From assembly GCA_964503145.1 (NCBI GenBank), contig CAZCYV010000004.1:142414-206413 (forward strand): DNA of 64,000 bases. Reading direction: 5' to 3'. This document shows, one piece after another, positions 44,967 through 54,270 of the stretch. The DNA is from an uncultured Anaerolinea sp. GTDB lineage: Bacteria; Chloroflexota; Anaerolineae; Anaerolineales; UBA4823. Positions within the stretch are counted from its first letter, which is position 1; each line of letters opens with the position of its first letter. The notes beneath the pieces are model-generated. The model made no database searches. It saw nothing but the letters and a program-made list of their open reading frames with translations, and was not told the DNA's origin. The position numbers and the translations under genes were made by a program.

Positions 44967-47900
44967 GCCAGGGTGGACTCCTTCACACACAGAGCGAGGA
45001 TCAAATGGCCGAAAATCAGAAAACCTTTCCTGAACAGACATCGCCGACCACGAAACCTAAGCTGTGGAATTTCCTGGCGCCGGATTGGTTGCGAAGCGGG
45101 TGGGGCATCCTGGGGCTGGCCATGGGCGGCTATCTGCTGGTTTTTGCCTTGTGGCTGGTATTCAAGTGGGGCGGCGAAGAAAACCTTGTCCTGATATCGG
45201 ATCTGGCTTATTTGCCGATGAGCCTTTTCGCAGGCTTTTGCGCTATGATGGTCGCTCGAAAGGCCGATCTGCTAAAGCGGGCGCGCTGGGGGTGGACTTT
45301 CATTGGCCTGGCGATGCTTTCGACGTTCCTGGCGGATGTGCTGTGGTTTTATTTCGAGATCATCTCGCAGCAAGAGCCATTTCCTTCTCTGGCCGATCCC
45401 TTCTATCTGGCGTATTACGGACTGGCCTTTATCGGGTTGATCCTTTTCCCTGCCTCGGCCAGCAACCGAGAGTGGCGACTGAAACTCGTCCTGGATGTTG
45501 CTATTGTGACCGTCGCGGCCTGGCTTCCGATCTGGTATTTCCTGGTGGCGCCGACGATGGCCGATGTGGAGAGCGACCTGCTCACCCGCTTGCTTGCCGC
45601 AGCCTACCCGGTAGCAGACTTGGTGCTACTGGCGGGGGTGTTCTCGCTGGCCTTTCGACGTATGGAGCGAGGCCAGCTCGTCTCGTTGGGCTTGCTTTTC
45701 GCGGCATTTTCTGTGACATTTGTTGGGGACCTCATCTATGGTTATGCCGGCCTCGCGGGAGTTTACGCCGCTGGGCAATGGGTCGATATCACCTGGATCA
45801 TGGGCTACTTCCTGGTCGGACTGGCGGCACTGCGCGCGCACTATCCAGAAATTCAGCGCCCCTCCCCAACATTCGACCGTTTTTACGAGCGGTTGATCAA
45901 GGCGTTGCCCCTGGTTGTGAGCCTGTTGGGATATGCGTTGGTCGTCGCGTTAGCAGTGGTTGGGCTACGGCAAGGATTGCCAATGACTGCTTTGGTCTTG
46001 ACCACGATGGCTCTGACAGGCCTGATCCTGGGCCGACAATTGGTCGAGGTGAATGAAAACCGGCGGTTGGCCAGGGAACTGCAGGCTGCCGCTGAACAGA
46101 GGCGTAAGCTTGATGTTCATGATGAGCAGTCCGCCCGGGCGCGAGAACGCGACATCCGCCTGGTAGCAGGGCTGGCGCAAACCCTTTCGGAATTGACCGA
46201 CCTGACAGATTTGCTCCCCAAGGCGGTCGATTTGGTGCAGAGGCAGATGGCGTTGTACTATGTGCAGGTCTATCTATACGACTCAGCGCGGCGCAGCCTG
46301 GTCTTGCGGGCCGGCAGCGGCGCGGTGGGCGCAGAGTTGCTGCGTCGTGGGCATCGTTTGCCCCTGAGCCTGGCCTCGATCAACGGCACTGCGGCGATCG
46401 AACAGCGACCGGTGATCGTTGATGATGTGCGCCAAAGCGACAAATTCCGGCCAAATCCGCTGCTGCCCGAAACGCGTTCCGAGGCGGCGATCCCCTTGAC
46501 CGTCGGCGACCGACTGGTGGGGGTGCTGGATCTGCAGAGCGACCAAACTCAAGCTTTCCCAGACGAAGTTTTGCCTGTGCTGCAGGCGCTTGCCGGGCAA
46601 CTTGCGGTGGCGATCGAAAACGCGGAGCTTTTCTCTCAGGCCCAGGAGGCCCGGCAGCAATTGGAGCGCCAGATGCAGGCCATGACCCGCCAGAACTGGG
46701 GCGCATTCCTGGACGCGGTTCATCAAAGCGAGGCCATTTCTTTTGCGTATGAGGAGGGCGCTTTGCGCCCCGGTGATCAGGGATTGGATTTCGACCCGCA
46801 ACGGGTTTTGCAGTCGCCGATCACGATCTCGGGCGAGCCGCTTGGGGTGCTTGTCCTCGAAAGCCCCCAGGGCCGTACGTGGACGACGGACGAAGTCGAA
46901 TTGGTTAACGCCGTGGCTGATCGGGTTGCGCGCCAGATCGAAAACCTGCGCTTGCTGGCTCAGGCCGAGCGCTACCGTCTGGAAGCGGAAGAGACCGCCC
47001 GTCGTCTGACCCGCCAGGGTTGGCAGGAATACCAGAAGGACTTACAAGATCAACTCAGTTTTGTTTATGATCAGACGCAGGTGCAAGTAGAGGCTTCCGA
47101 TTCATCTGCGTCAACTGAGGCGACCATTCGGCAACCGCTGTTGGTGCGCGAGACGCCGATCGGGGCGCTAGAACTCGAAGGCGATCGGTCTCTAAGCGAC
47201 GAAGACCTGGCGTTGATCCAGACGGTAGCGGAGAGCCTGAGCGCGCACATCGATAGCTTGCGCCTGACCGCCCAGACCCAGGCAGCATTGAGCAACATGG
47301 AAACGCTGAACGAGGTGACGCGTGCCGCCAGCCGTACTCTTGAGCTCGACCTGGTTTTGGCTGAAATTTTGGATCGCATTTTGGGGGTGGCTGAATTTGG
47401 AGCCGGCTTGATTAGCATTGAGGATACTTTCACGAAGAGGCTGAGCCTGGCGGTGCATCGCAATCTGCCCGAAGCAATGGTGACCAAGTTAACCACCCTG
47501 GGTTTGGACGGCACACCCTGCGATGTAGTGTATCGCAGCGGCGATACGGTTATCCTCTCTGATCTTGAGCGGTTACCTGAAGACCTAAGAGCGACCAACC
47601 TGGAGGATGACTTTGTGCGGCAGGCCATGCAGCGGCCGCTGGCGATGGGTTTTCATTCGTACTTTGGGCTGGCATTATCGACAAAAGGACGTATTATTGG
47701 CACGATTTGCCTGTTCGATGAAGGGAACAAGACGATCAGCCCAGCCAAGCTCTCGATGTTAGAGGCAATCGGGCAGCAGGTTGGCATATTGGTGGAGAAT
47801 GCCCGATTATTCCAAAGCACCCAAAAGGCACTTTCGAAGACAGAGGTGCTATATACAGCTATTGCGCAGATGAACCAGGCGGAGAGCTATAAGGATATTC

Positions 47901-48583
47901 TGACTGCGCTGGCGGAGCACACTTTACTGGGGCGGGCAGATCGGTTGCTTCTGATGGGGGTTTTCGACCGTCCGATGGGTGGAGGGCAAATGCCCGAATG
48001 GATCTACCCAGTTGCCTGGCGCGGCAATCAACCGGTTCAAGTCTCCCGTCGCTATCCGGCAGAGTTGATGAGCGGCGCAATGGATGGTATGGTGAATGAA
48101 GTTCAGATTGCCATCATTAGTGGATTAGCTTCAACATCTCCAATGGCGCGGGGGGTACTGAGATTGTTCGATCTCGACCTGCCGGCCGCCAGCGTTTCGG
48201 GCGTCCCGCTGATCCTGGGCGACCGATCCATTGGCTTTGTGATTGGCGTTCACAGCCAGGAGATCGGGCCGGTGGAGGATGAGATACAGCAATTGAAGGC
48301 TATTGCTGGGCAGGCAGCGATTGCCGTGGAGAGCCGGTTGTTGCTGGAGCAGGCTCAGGCGAAGGCCCGGCAAGAGCAGCAACTGCGCCAGGTCGCAGCA
48401 AGCGTATTTGCTGCCAGTGATGTGGACTCGATCCTACGTCGGGCCGTGGAGCAGGTTGGGCGCGCGTTAGGCGCGCAGGCTTACATCTATTTGGGACAGG
48501 GCAATGGTTCGAATGGTCAGACGCCCGGCGGCGAGGCTGAGAGCGCAAACGAGGCCTCGAAAGAGCCAGCGATGGAAGGTTGA
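44963..48583 (+). CDS. Multi-TM sensor protein with about five tandem GAF-like modules, no output domain
   Basis: 1206 aa. About 9 hydrophobic helices in the first 350 aa. There are five occurrences of the GAF C-terminal helix motif (LAVAIENAELF, VARQIENLRLL, LSAHIDSLRLT, VGILVENARLF, AAIAVESRLLL). The first GAF carries KFRPNPLLPETRSEAAIPL. The ATG at 44963 overlaps the upstream stop by 4 nt; an alternative ATG at 45005 has a GAGGA upstream. Confidence 0.85.
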   Translation: MSQGGLLHTQSEDQMAENQKTFPEQTSPTTKPKLWNFLAPDWLRSGWGILGLAMGGYLLVFALWLVFKWGGEENLVLISDLAYLPMSLFAGFCAMMVARKADLLKRARWGWTFIGLAMLSTFLADVLWFYFEIISQQEPFPSLADPFYLAYYGLAFIGLILFPASASNREWRLKLVLDVAIVTVAAWLPIWYFLVAPTMADVESDLLTRLLAAAYPVADLVLLAGVFSLAFRRMERGQLVSLGLLFAAFSVTFVGDLIYGYAGLAGVYAAGQWVDITWIMGYFLVGLAALRAHYPEIQRPSPTFDRFYERLIKALPLVVSLLGYALVVALAVVGLRQGLPMTALVLTTMALTGLILGRQLVEVNENRRLARELQAAAEQRRKLDVHDEQSARARERDIRLVAGLAQTLSELTDLTDLLPKAVDLVQRQMALYYVQVYLYDSARRSLVLRAGSGAVGAELLRRGHRLPLSLASINGTAAIEQRPVIVDDVRQSDKFRPNPLLPETRSEAAIPLTVGDRLVGVLDLQSDQTQAFPDEVLPVLQALAGQLAVAIENAELFSQAQEARQQLERQMQAMTRQNWGAFLDAVHQSEAISFAYEEGALRPGDQGLDFDPQRVLQSPITISGEPLGVLVLESPQGRTWTTDEVELVNAVADRVARQIENLRLLAQAERYRLEAEETARRLTRQGWQEYQKDLQDQLSFVYDQTQVQVEASDSSASTEATIRQPLLVRETPIGALELEGDRSLSDEDLALIQTVAESLSAHIDSLRLTAQTQAALSNMETLNEVTRAASRTLELDLVLAEILDRILGVAEFGAGLISIEDTFTKRLSLAVHRNLPEAMVTKLTTLGLDGTPCDVVYRSGDTVILSDLERLPEDLRATNLEDDFVRQAMQRPLAMGFHSYFGLALSTKGRIIGTICLFDEGNKTISPAKLSMLEAIGQQVGILVENARLFQSTQKALSKTEVLYTAIAQMNQAESYKDILTALAEHTLLGRADRLLLMGVFDRPMGGGQMPEWIYPVAWRGNQPVQVSRRYPAELMSGAMDGMVNEVQIAIISGLASTSPMARGVLRLFDLDLPAASVSGVPLILGDRSIGFVIGVHSQEIGPVEDEIQQLKAIAGQAAIAVESRLLLEQAQAKARQEQQLRQVAASVFAASDVDSILRRAVEQVGRALGAQAYIYLGQGNGSNGQTPGGEAESANEASKEPAMEG

Positions 48584-48603
48584 TTTTGGAGGGAAGCAGT
48601 ACG

Positions 48604-49413
48604 ATGGATGTGCAATCGGTGATCGAGCAAGGTCAGACACAGGCGCAACGAGTTGCCATCAGCAGCCAAAAGGGGGGAGTGGGTAAGACCACTACCTGCC
48701 TGTCTTTGGGCGCCAGCCTGGTTGAGATGGGATTGCGGGTGCTGATGGTGGATTTGGACCCGCAAGGTAACCTGACCCAGGCGTTGGGGGTCGAGCCTGA
48801 GAGCCTGCGCCGGACGGTGGGCGACGCGCTATTGATGCAAGCGACCTTGCTGGAAGTGAGCCGCGAGACGGCCATTTTCAACCTGGATCTGGTACCGGCC
48901 AATCGAGGCCTGATCCTGGTCGAAAAGATGCTCCACAACACGCGGGAATACGAATTTCGGCTCAGGACCGGCCTGGAAACGCTGCAAAATGCTTACTACG
49001 ACGTCGTGCTGATGGATTGTCCACCTTCATTTGGGCCGCTGACGATCAACGCCCTGGCAGCGGCTGAACTGGCGCTGATCCCGCTGACGTGCGACTATTA
49101 TTCTCTACAGTCTTTGCAGACTTATCTTCGGTTGCTTGGCGTCTTACGAAGCCGAGCAAATCCCAGGCTGCAATACCGATTACTGGTGACACTGTTCGAT
49201 GGGCGGACGAAGCTGAGCAAGCTGTTTCTGGATCAATTTCGGCGAAAGTATGGCGGGCTGTTGTTCGATACAGTCATTCCTTTGGATGTGAAGCTGCGTG
49301 AAAGTCCAATGTTTGGCCGTCCCGTAAACCTATACGCTTCCAGCGCGCGAGGCGCACAGGGATACCGGGCACTGGCAGGAGAGTTGACAGCATGTCTCGA
49401 AGCGACGATCTAA
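48604..49413 (+). CDS. ParA/MinD-family P-loop ATPase
   Basis: Deviant Walker A SSQKGGVGKTTT, then MVDLDPQGNLT and Walker B-like VVLMDCPPS. I prefer ATG 48604 (GGAGGG 9 nt upstream) over the TTG at 48580 in the ORF track. Confidence 0.9.
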   Translation: MDVQSVIEQGQTQAQRVAISSQKGGVGKTTTCLSLGASLVEMGLRVLMVDLDPQGNLTQALGVEPESLRRTVGDALLMQATLLEVSRETAIFNLDLVPANRGLILVEKMLHNTREYEFRLRTGLETLQNAYYDVVLMDCPPSFGPLTINALAAAELALIPLTCDYYSLQSLQTYLRLLGVLRSRANPRLQYRLLVTLFDGRTKLSKLFLDQFRRKYGGLLFDTVIPLDVKLRESPMFGRPVNLYASSARGAQGYRALAGELTACLEATI

Positions 49414-50255
49414 AGAATCGCCTTGACGAATTGTTTTCGACGCTGCCCGATGCAGACTCTGGTGAGCTGCCCCCGGTTGAACCTAAAGGGCCGGCAGGCA
49501 AGGCAGTCTCAGCACCGCCAGCGCCCGCTGCTTCTCCTGTTGCGGTATCGCTGACAGGGGAGAATGCGCAGGAATGGGATCAGACGCAGTCAGGCCAGAT
49601 GGCTGGAATGCCCCCGCGCGCAGAGTTGCTGGCGGCAATCATCGATGCCACGCCAGATTGGATCTTTGTCAAGGATCGCGATCATCGCTTCGTCATCGTC
49701 AACCAGAGCTTTGCCTCTGCGCTTGGGCGCGAGAAGGATGATTTCATTGGGAAGAATGACCTTGAGATGGGCTTCCCAAAGGAAGCCGTTATGGGTGATC
49801 CGACGAGGGGCATCCAGGGATATTGGTGGGATGATGAGAAGGTTTTGAAAACCGGAGAAACGCAGACCATTCTGGGGGAGAAAAATTTCATCAACGGCCA
49901 GTTGCGCTATTTCGATGTTTTCAAGACAGCCTTGCGCAACGCCCAGGGCGATGTAGTTGGGTTGCTCGGCTATGCCAGAGATGTGACCGAGCGAGCAAAG
50001 TTGCTGGCAGAGATCCAGTCCACGGCCGAGCGCGAACAGCGATTGAGAGAAATTACCGCCCGAGTACGATCGTCGAGCGATGCAGATACGATTCTGCGCA
50101 CCGCAGTGCGTGAGTTGGGCAATGCGTTGGGAAGGAAGACTTTTATCCGATTGACGGACAGCATAGAGACCGAAACCCCATGGGTATCTAAACCTGAGCG
50201 ATCCCAAGCAGGGGACAATGGGAACCACGGTCGAGTGGTCGGAGGTGAGCAATGA
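49392..50255 (+). CDS. PAS domain protein with conserved GAF-start-like C-terminal tail
   Basis: 287 aa. An A/P-rich N-terminus, then a PAS fold (LLAAIIDATPDWIFVKDRDHRFVIVNQSFASALG...GLLGYARDVTERA), a coiled coil and the tail DADTILRTAVRELGNALGRKTFIRL. It overlaps the parA-like gene by 22 nt and the next gene by 4 nt. Confidence 0.8.
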   Translation: MSRSDDLKNRLDELFSTLPDADSGELPPVEPKGPAGKAVSAPPAPAASPVAVSLTGENAQEWDQTQSGQMAGMPPRAELLAAIIDATPDWIFVKDRDHRFVIVNQSFASALGREKDDFIGKNDLEMGFPKEAVMGDPTRGIQGYWWDDEKVLKTGETQTILGEKNFINGQLRYFDVFKTALRNAQGDVVGLLGYARDVTERAKLLAEIQSTAEREQRLREITARVRSSSDADTILRTAVRELGNALGRKTFIRLTDSIETETPWVSKPERSQAGDNGNHGRVVGGEQ

Positions 50256-53200
50256 CCGATGAGCGCATCATGCTAAATCCATTACGCCAGCGTCTGGAGG
50301 AGATAGCTCAAGCGCTGAACCAGAGCCTGCGCTCGATTCCCGATTTCGTTTGTCTGCCGGTCTCGGTCACCCATGCCTTTGCGCGCCAGGATGTCAATCT
50401 GGTGGCGACGGTGTTGGAGACCGGCGATAGTCAGCGCTTCTTGCATGATTTCATGGCCCGGGCGCAGGATCGCTTACAACGAGGCCTGTCGAAGGAAGCA
50501 TTGCTGCAGGGGTTAGATTGTCTGGAGCAGACGGTGACGCCTCGGGTGGTAGATCTCGATGCAGCGCGATTGGTCTGGCAATCATTATCACAGGCGCGTT
50601 TTGCGCTGGGAAAACAAAATGGATCGAATGGCAGGTCGGCGGCAACCGAGCAAGCGGACGACCTGGCAACCCCCAAGCAGGCAGCCACCCTGGTTAAGAG
50701 CAACCCGTCGGTCGGTAGAAAGGGTGGGACTGGTCCGCTTGGGCGAGCAGACTACAACACACAGTTGGAGCTTCTCAAACTGGTGCTGGGGCATATTCCA
50801 CAGGCAGTTTTCTGGAAAGACCGCGATCTGGTTTATTTGGGTTGCAATCTGGAATTCGCCAAAGACGCCGGTCTGACTTCTGTGGATGAAATCGTGGGAA
50901 AGACCGATTTCGACATGCCATGGCGTGAACAGGCGGAACTGTATCGCTCGGACGACCGGGCGGTGCTCGAAAGCGGCGTGGCAAAGTTGGATTACGAAGA
51001 GCCTCAGACGACGCCGGAGGGGAATATCATCTGGTTGCGCACCAGCAAGATCCCCATGCGCGATCCACAGGGGAACATCTTCGCTGTGTTGGGGATGTAT
51101 GAGGACATCACTCCCAGGAAACAGGCGGAAGAAGCCATCTTGCGGGAAAAGGCTCATGCAGAGGCATTGCTGGCCGAGCAAAAGCGGCTAGAAGCCCAGT
51201 TGCAGCAGACCCTGGAAAGGCGCGGTTTTCAAGTACAGGTGAGCACGCAGATCGCTCAAGAGATCGCTATGGCCCCGGATCTGCGAACGCTATTTCAAAG
51301 CGTGGTCACTCTGGTAAAGGAGCGGTTCGATTACTACCACGTCCAATTGTTGCGCTATGAACCTGCGCTAAATGCGGTCATCCTGGTTGCGGGCTATGGT
51401 GATGTGGGGCAGAGCATGCTGCAGGCAGGCCACCAGTTGCCGTTAGGGACGGGCCTGATCGGCACGGCCGCTGCGCTTGGGGAGACACAACTCCGCCCAT
51501 CGGTTGCGGCGGATCCGGATTGGCGGTCGAACCCGCTGCTGCCTGATACGAAAGGCGAAATCGCAGTGCCGATCAAGCTACGTGACCAGGTGTTGGGCGT
51601 GCTGGATGTGCAGAGCGACCGAGAGGGCGTGCTCGGCGAAGACGATCGCTTGCTGCTGGAAGGTCTATGTGGGCAGATTGCCGTAGCGATCGAAAGCACC
51701 CGTTTGCGCCGGGAGATGGAAGAACGCCTGCATGAATTGGATTTGCTTTACCGTTCATCGCACCGTGAAGGCTGGAACGAGTTTATACAACGGATTCAGG
51801 GTTGCAATGCCTATCTCTACGAGAACCTGGAAGTGCGCCCGATCGGCGATGGTGATCGCCAAGGTGGAGATGCTGATCCCGCAGATTGGGCTGAGCCTAA
51901 GGCGGATATCCTTGTGCCGCTCTCCATTCGCGGCCAGATTATTGGCGAGTTGGGCGTGTTTGACGACCCGATCCATCCGCTTAGCGAAGGGGAGCGTAAG
52001 CTGGTCGAGCAAGTATCCGATCAGGTTGCGCAGGCGCTAGAAAGCGCCCGTTTGTATGAACAGACTCAGGCCAGCCTGGCGGAAACACAGATGATGTACA
52101 CCGGCTCTGCTCGCATCATCGCCTCCGGAACTCTGGACGAAATCCTAAAGGCTTTGGTAGAAACGACGCGGTTGAATGAACTCGACCAGGTGATTATCGA
52201 GTTATTTGATCGCCCCTGGGAAACAGAGCCCCCAGAAACGATGGTCAATGCGGCGGTGTGGGAGCGAGAAGGTGTGCCTTCCAAAGAGTCGGTTGGCAGT
52301 GTGTATCACATGCGTGAACTGCCCTTCTTGAGCATGATGGATCGCAGTCTGCCTCTAGTCGTAAAGGACATGCTGACAGACGAACGCGTTGACCCGGCCA
52401 CACGCGAGGTTGCTGTGGATCAACTGGGCATTCGTGGTCAGGTCTTCTGGCCGATGGTGGCAGGCGGGCAATGGTTTGGCGCATTGTCAGGTCAGTCAGG
52501 CAAGCCGCTCACTCTGGAGCAGCAGGATATCCGCCGCATTGGCAGCCTGGTGGCTCAGGCCGCAACGGCTATCCAAAGTTTGAAGCTTCAGCAGGAGATG
52601 CGCTCTCGACTGCAAGAGTTGACTGCTCTGCAGCGCCTGATGAGTCGTGAAGCCTGGTCTGCTTATCAGGCCCAGTTAACCGATGAGGCCAGAGGATATG
52701 TCTTCAATCAGGTTGAACTGCTGCCGGTGAGAACGGCCTCCATGCAGGAGCAGGAGAGCAGAGCAGGCTTGCTAATGGATGATAATAACAGCGGCTACGT
52801 TGCGCCACTGGAGGTGCGCGGTGAGCCTATTGGCGCATTGGGAGTAAAGTTGGACGTCAGCAGGTCGTTGACCGAAGAAGAAGAGGCCTTCTTGCAAGCG
52901 GTTTCTGAGCAGGTGGCTCAGGCGCTTGAGCGCGCCAGGCTGATGGAGCAAACCCAAAAGAGCGCAGTGGAGCTTCAGGCAGTGGCTGAAGTTGGTACGG
53001 CGACGGCTACCATCCTTGACCCGGAGCAACTTTTGCAACAGGTGGTTGACCTGACGAAAGAGCGGTTTGGGCTGTATCATGCGCATATTTACCTGGTGGA
53101 CGAGGCTGGTGAGAATCTAGTCTTGACCGTTGGCGCAGGTGAAGTCGGACGCAGCATGACCGCTCAGGGCTGGTCTATACCAATCACCCTGGAGGATTCG

Positions 53201-54235
53201 CTGGTCGCTCGAGCAGCGCGAACTCGCCAGGGGCAGGTGGCAAACGATGTGCGTCGCGAGAGCGGTTATCTGCCCAATCCGCTGCTGCTGGATACGTTGT
53301 CTGAAATGGCGGTGCCAATGATCATTGGTGATCGCCTGCTGGGTGTATTCGACGTGCAGTCGGATAAGCTGAATCACTTCCATGAGGAAGATGTGCGCAT
53401 CTATAGCACGCTGGCTGCTCAGATCGCTGTGGCGCTACAAAATGCCAAACTTTACGCTGAACAACTGGCGACAGTAGAGCGCTTGCGCGAATTGGATAAC
53501 ATGAAATCCGCCTTTCTGGCAAACATGAGCCATGAATTGCGCACGCCGCTGAACTCGATCCTCGGTTTTACTCAGGTGATCATGGAGGGACTGGATGGCC
53601 CGCTGACTGAAGTGATGCTGGCGGACCTGGAATTGATCGAAAAGAACGGTAAACACCTGCTAAACCTGATCAATGAAGTCCTTGACATGGCGAAGATCGA
53701 CTCAGGGCGGCTGAGTTTGAACCCTGAACCCGTGGATCTGTATGAGCTCATGGAGGATGTAATTGGCACAAGCGCGCCGCTGGCCAGGGAAAAAGATCTC
53801 TTCGTGAAACTTGAGGCGGCGCCAGCCGAAGACTGGAGAGTGATGGCAGACCAGGTTCGGATGCGACAGATATTCCTGAATCTGATCGGGAACGCCATCA
53901 AATTCACGGAGGCAGGCGGCGTTACAATCACTATGAACAAGGTGCGACAATCCGCTGAGGCGGGCAGCGATTTGGTGCAGTTGCGCATCCAGGATACGGG
54001 CATTGGTATCCCGAGAAATAAACTGGATGAGATTTTCGAGGCCTTTACGCAAGTGGATAGCTCGACCACTCGAAAGGTGGGCGGCACCGGCTTGGGCCTA
54101 CCAATCAGCCGTCGCCTGGTTGAGATGCATGGTGGTCGCTTGTGGGCGGAGAGCGAAGGCATCGGAAAGGGCGCGACGTTTGTGCTAGAGTTGCCGGTGG
54201 GCGAGAGCAGCGCCAATTCTACCGAGGCGTACTAG
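50252..54235 (+). CDS. Large sensor histidine kinase: helical N-domain-PAS-(GAF-like x5)-HisKA-HATPase_c
   Basis: 1327 aa. PAS (LGHIPQAVFWKDRDLVYLGCNLEFAKDAG...GMYEDITPRKQAE). Five GAF-terminal helices (IAVAIESTRL, VAQALESARL, ATAIQSLKL, VAQALERARL, IAVALQNAKL). H-box MSHELRTPLNSI (His codon 53531..53533), N-box IGNAIKFT, G-boxes DTGIGI and GTGLGLPI. Confidence 0.92.
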   Translation: MTDERIMLNPLRQRLEEIAQALNQSLRSIPDFVCLPVSVTHAFARQDVNLVATVLETGDSQRFLHDFMARAQDRLQRGLSKEALLQGLDCLEQTVTPRVVDLDAARLVWQSLSQARFALGKQNGSNGRSAATEQADDLATPKQAATLVKSNPSVGRKGGTGPLGRADYNTQLELLKLVLGHIPQAVFWKDRDLVYLGCNLEFAKDAGLTSVDEIVGKTDFDMPWREQAELYRSDDRAVLESGVAKLDYEEPQTTPEGNIIWLRTSKIPMRDPQGNIFAVLGMYEDITPRKQAEEAILREKAHAEALLAEQKRLEAQLQQTLERRGFQVQVSTQIAQEIAMAPDLRTLFQSVVTLVKERFDYYHVQLLRYEPALNAVILVAGYGDVGQSMLQAGHQLPLGTGLIGTAAALGETQLRPSVAADPDWRSNPLLPDTKGEIAVPIKLRDQVLGVLDVQSDREGVLGEDDRLLLEGLCGQIAVAIESTRLRREMEERLHELDLLYRSSHREGWNEFIQRIQGCNAYLYENLEVRPIGDGDRQGGDADPADWAEPKADILVPLSIRGQIIGELGVFDDPIHPLSEGERKLVEQVSDQVAQALESARLYEQTQASLAETQMMYTGSARIIASGTLDEILKALVETTRLNELDQVIIELFDRPWETEPPETMVNAAVWEREGVPSKESVGSVYHMRELPFLSMMDRSLPLVVKDMLTDERVDPATREVAVDQLGIRGQVFWPMVAGGQWFGALSGQSGKPLTLEQQDIRRIGSLVAQAATAIQSLKLQQEMRSRLQELTALQRLMSREAWSAYQAQLTDEARGYVFNQVELLPVRTASMQEQESRAGLLMDDNNSGYVAPLEVRGEPIGALGVKLDVSRSLTEEEEAFLQAVSEQVAQALERARLMEQTQKSAVELQAVAEVGTATATILDPEQLLQQVVDLTKERFGLYHAHIYLVDEAGENLVLTVGAGEVGRSMTAQGWSIPITLEDSLVARAARTRQGQVANDVRRESGYLPNPLLLDTLSEMAVPMIIGDRLLGVFDVQSDKLNHFHEEDVRIYSTLAAQIAVALQNAKLYAEQLATVERLRELDNMKSAFLANMSHELRTPLNSILGFTQVIMEGLDGPLTEVMLADLELIEKNGKHLLNLINEVLDMAKIDSGRLSLNPEPVDLYELMEDVIGTSAPLAREKDLFVKLEAAPAEDWRVMADQVRMRQIFLNLIGNAIKFTEAGGVTITMNKVRQSAEAGSDLVQLRIQDTGIGIPRNKLDEIFEAFTQVDSSTTRKVGGTGLGLPISRRLVEMHGGRLWAESEGIGKGATFVLELPVGESSANSTEAY

Positions 54236-54270
54236 GGCATAAAAGTTTCAGACAACAACATGACGATCTT

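Noticed and set aside
48604-49413. ParA gene as a marker of a plasmid, prophage or integrated mobile element.
   Set aside because: I saw no parB, replication, integrase, transposase, tRNA target or flanking repeats. The gene is translationally coupled to the sensor genes on both sides.
54142-54270. Extension of the ThrC-REC ORF back into the histidine kinase gene.
   Set aside because: This part overlaps the kinase C-terminus in another frame and is Arg-rich. The conserved zinc ribbon begins only after 54290.
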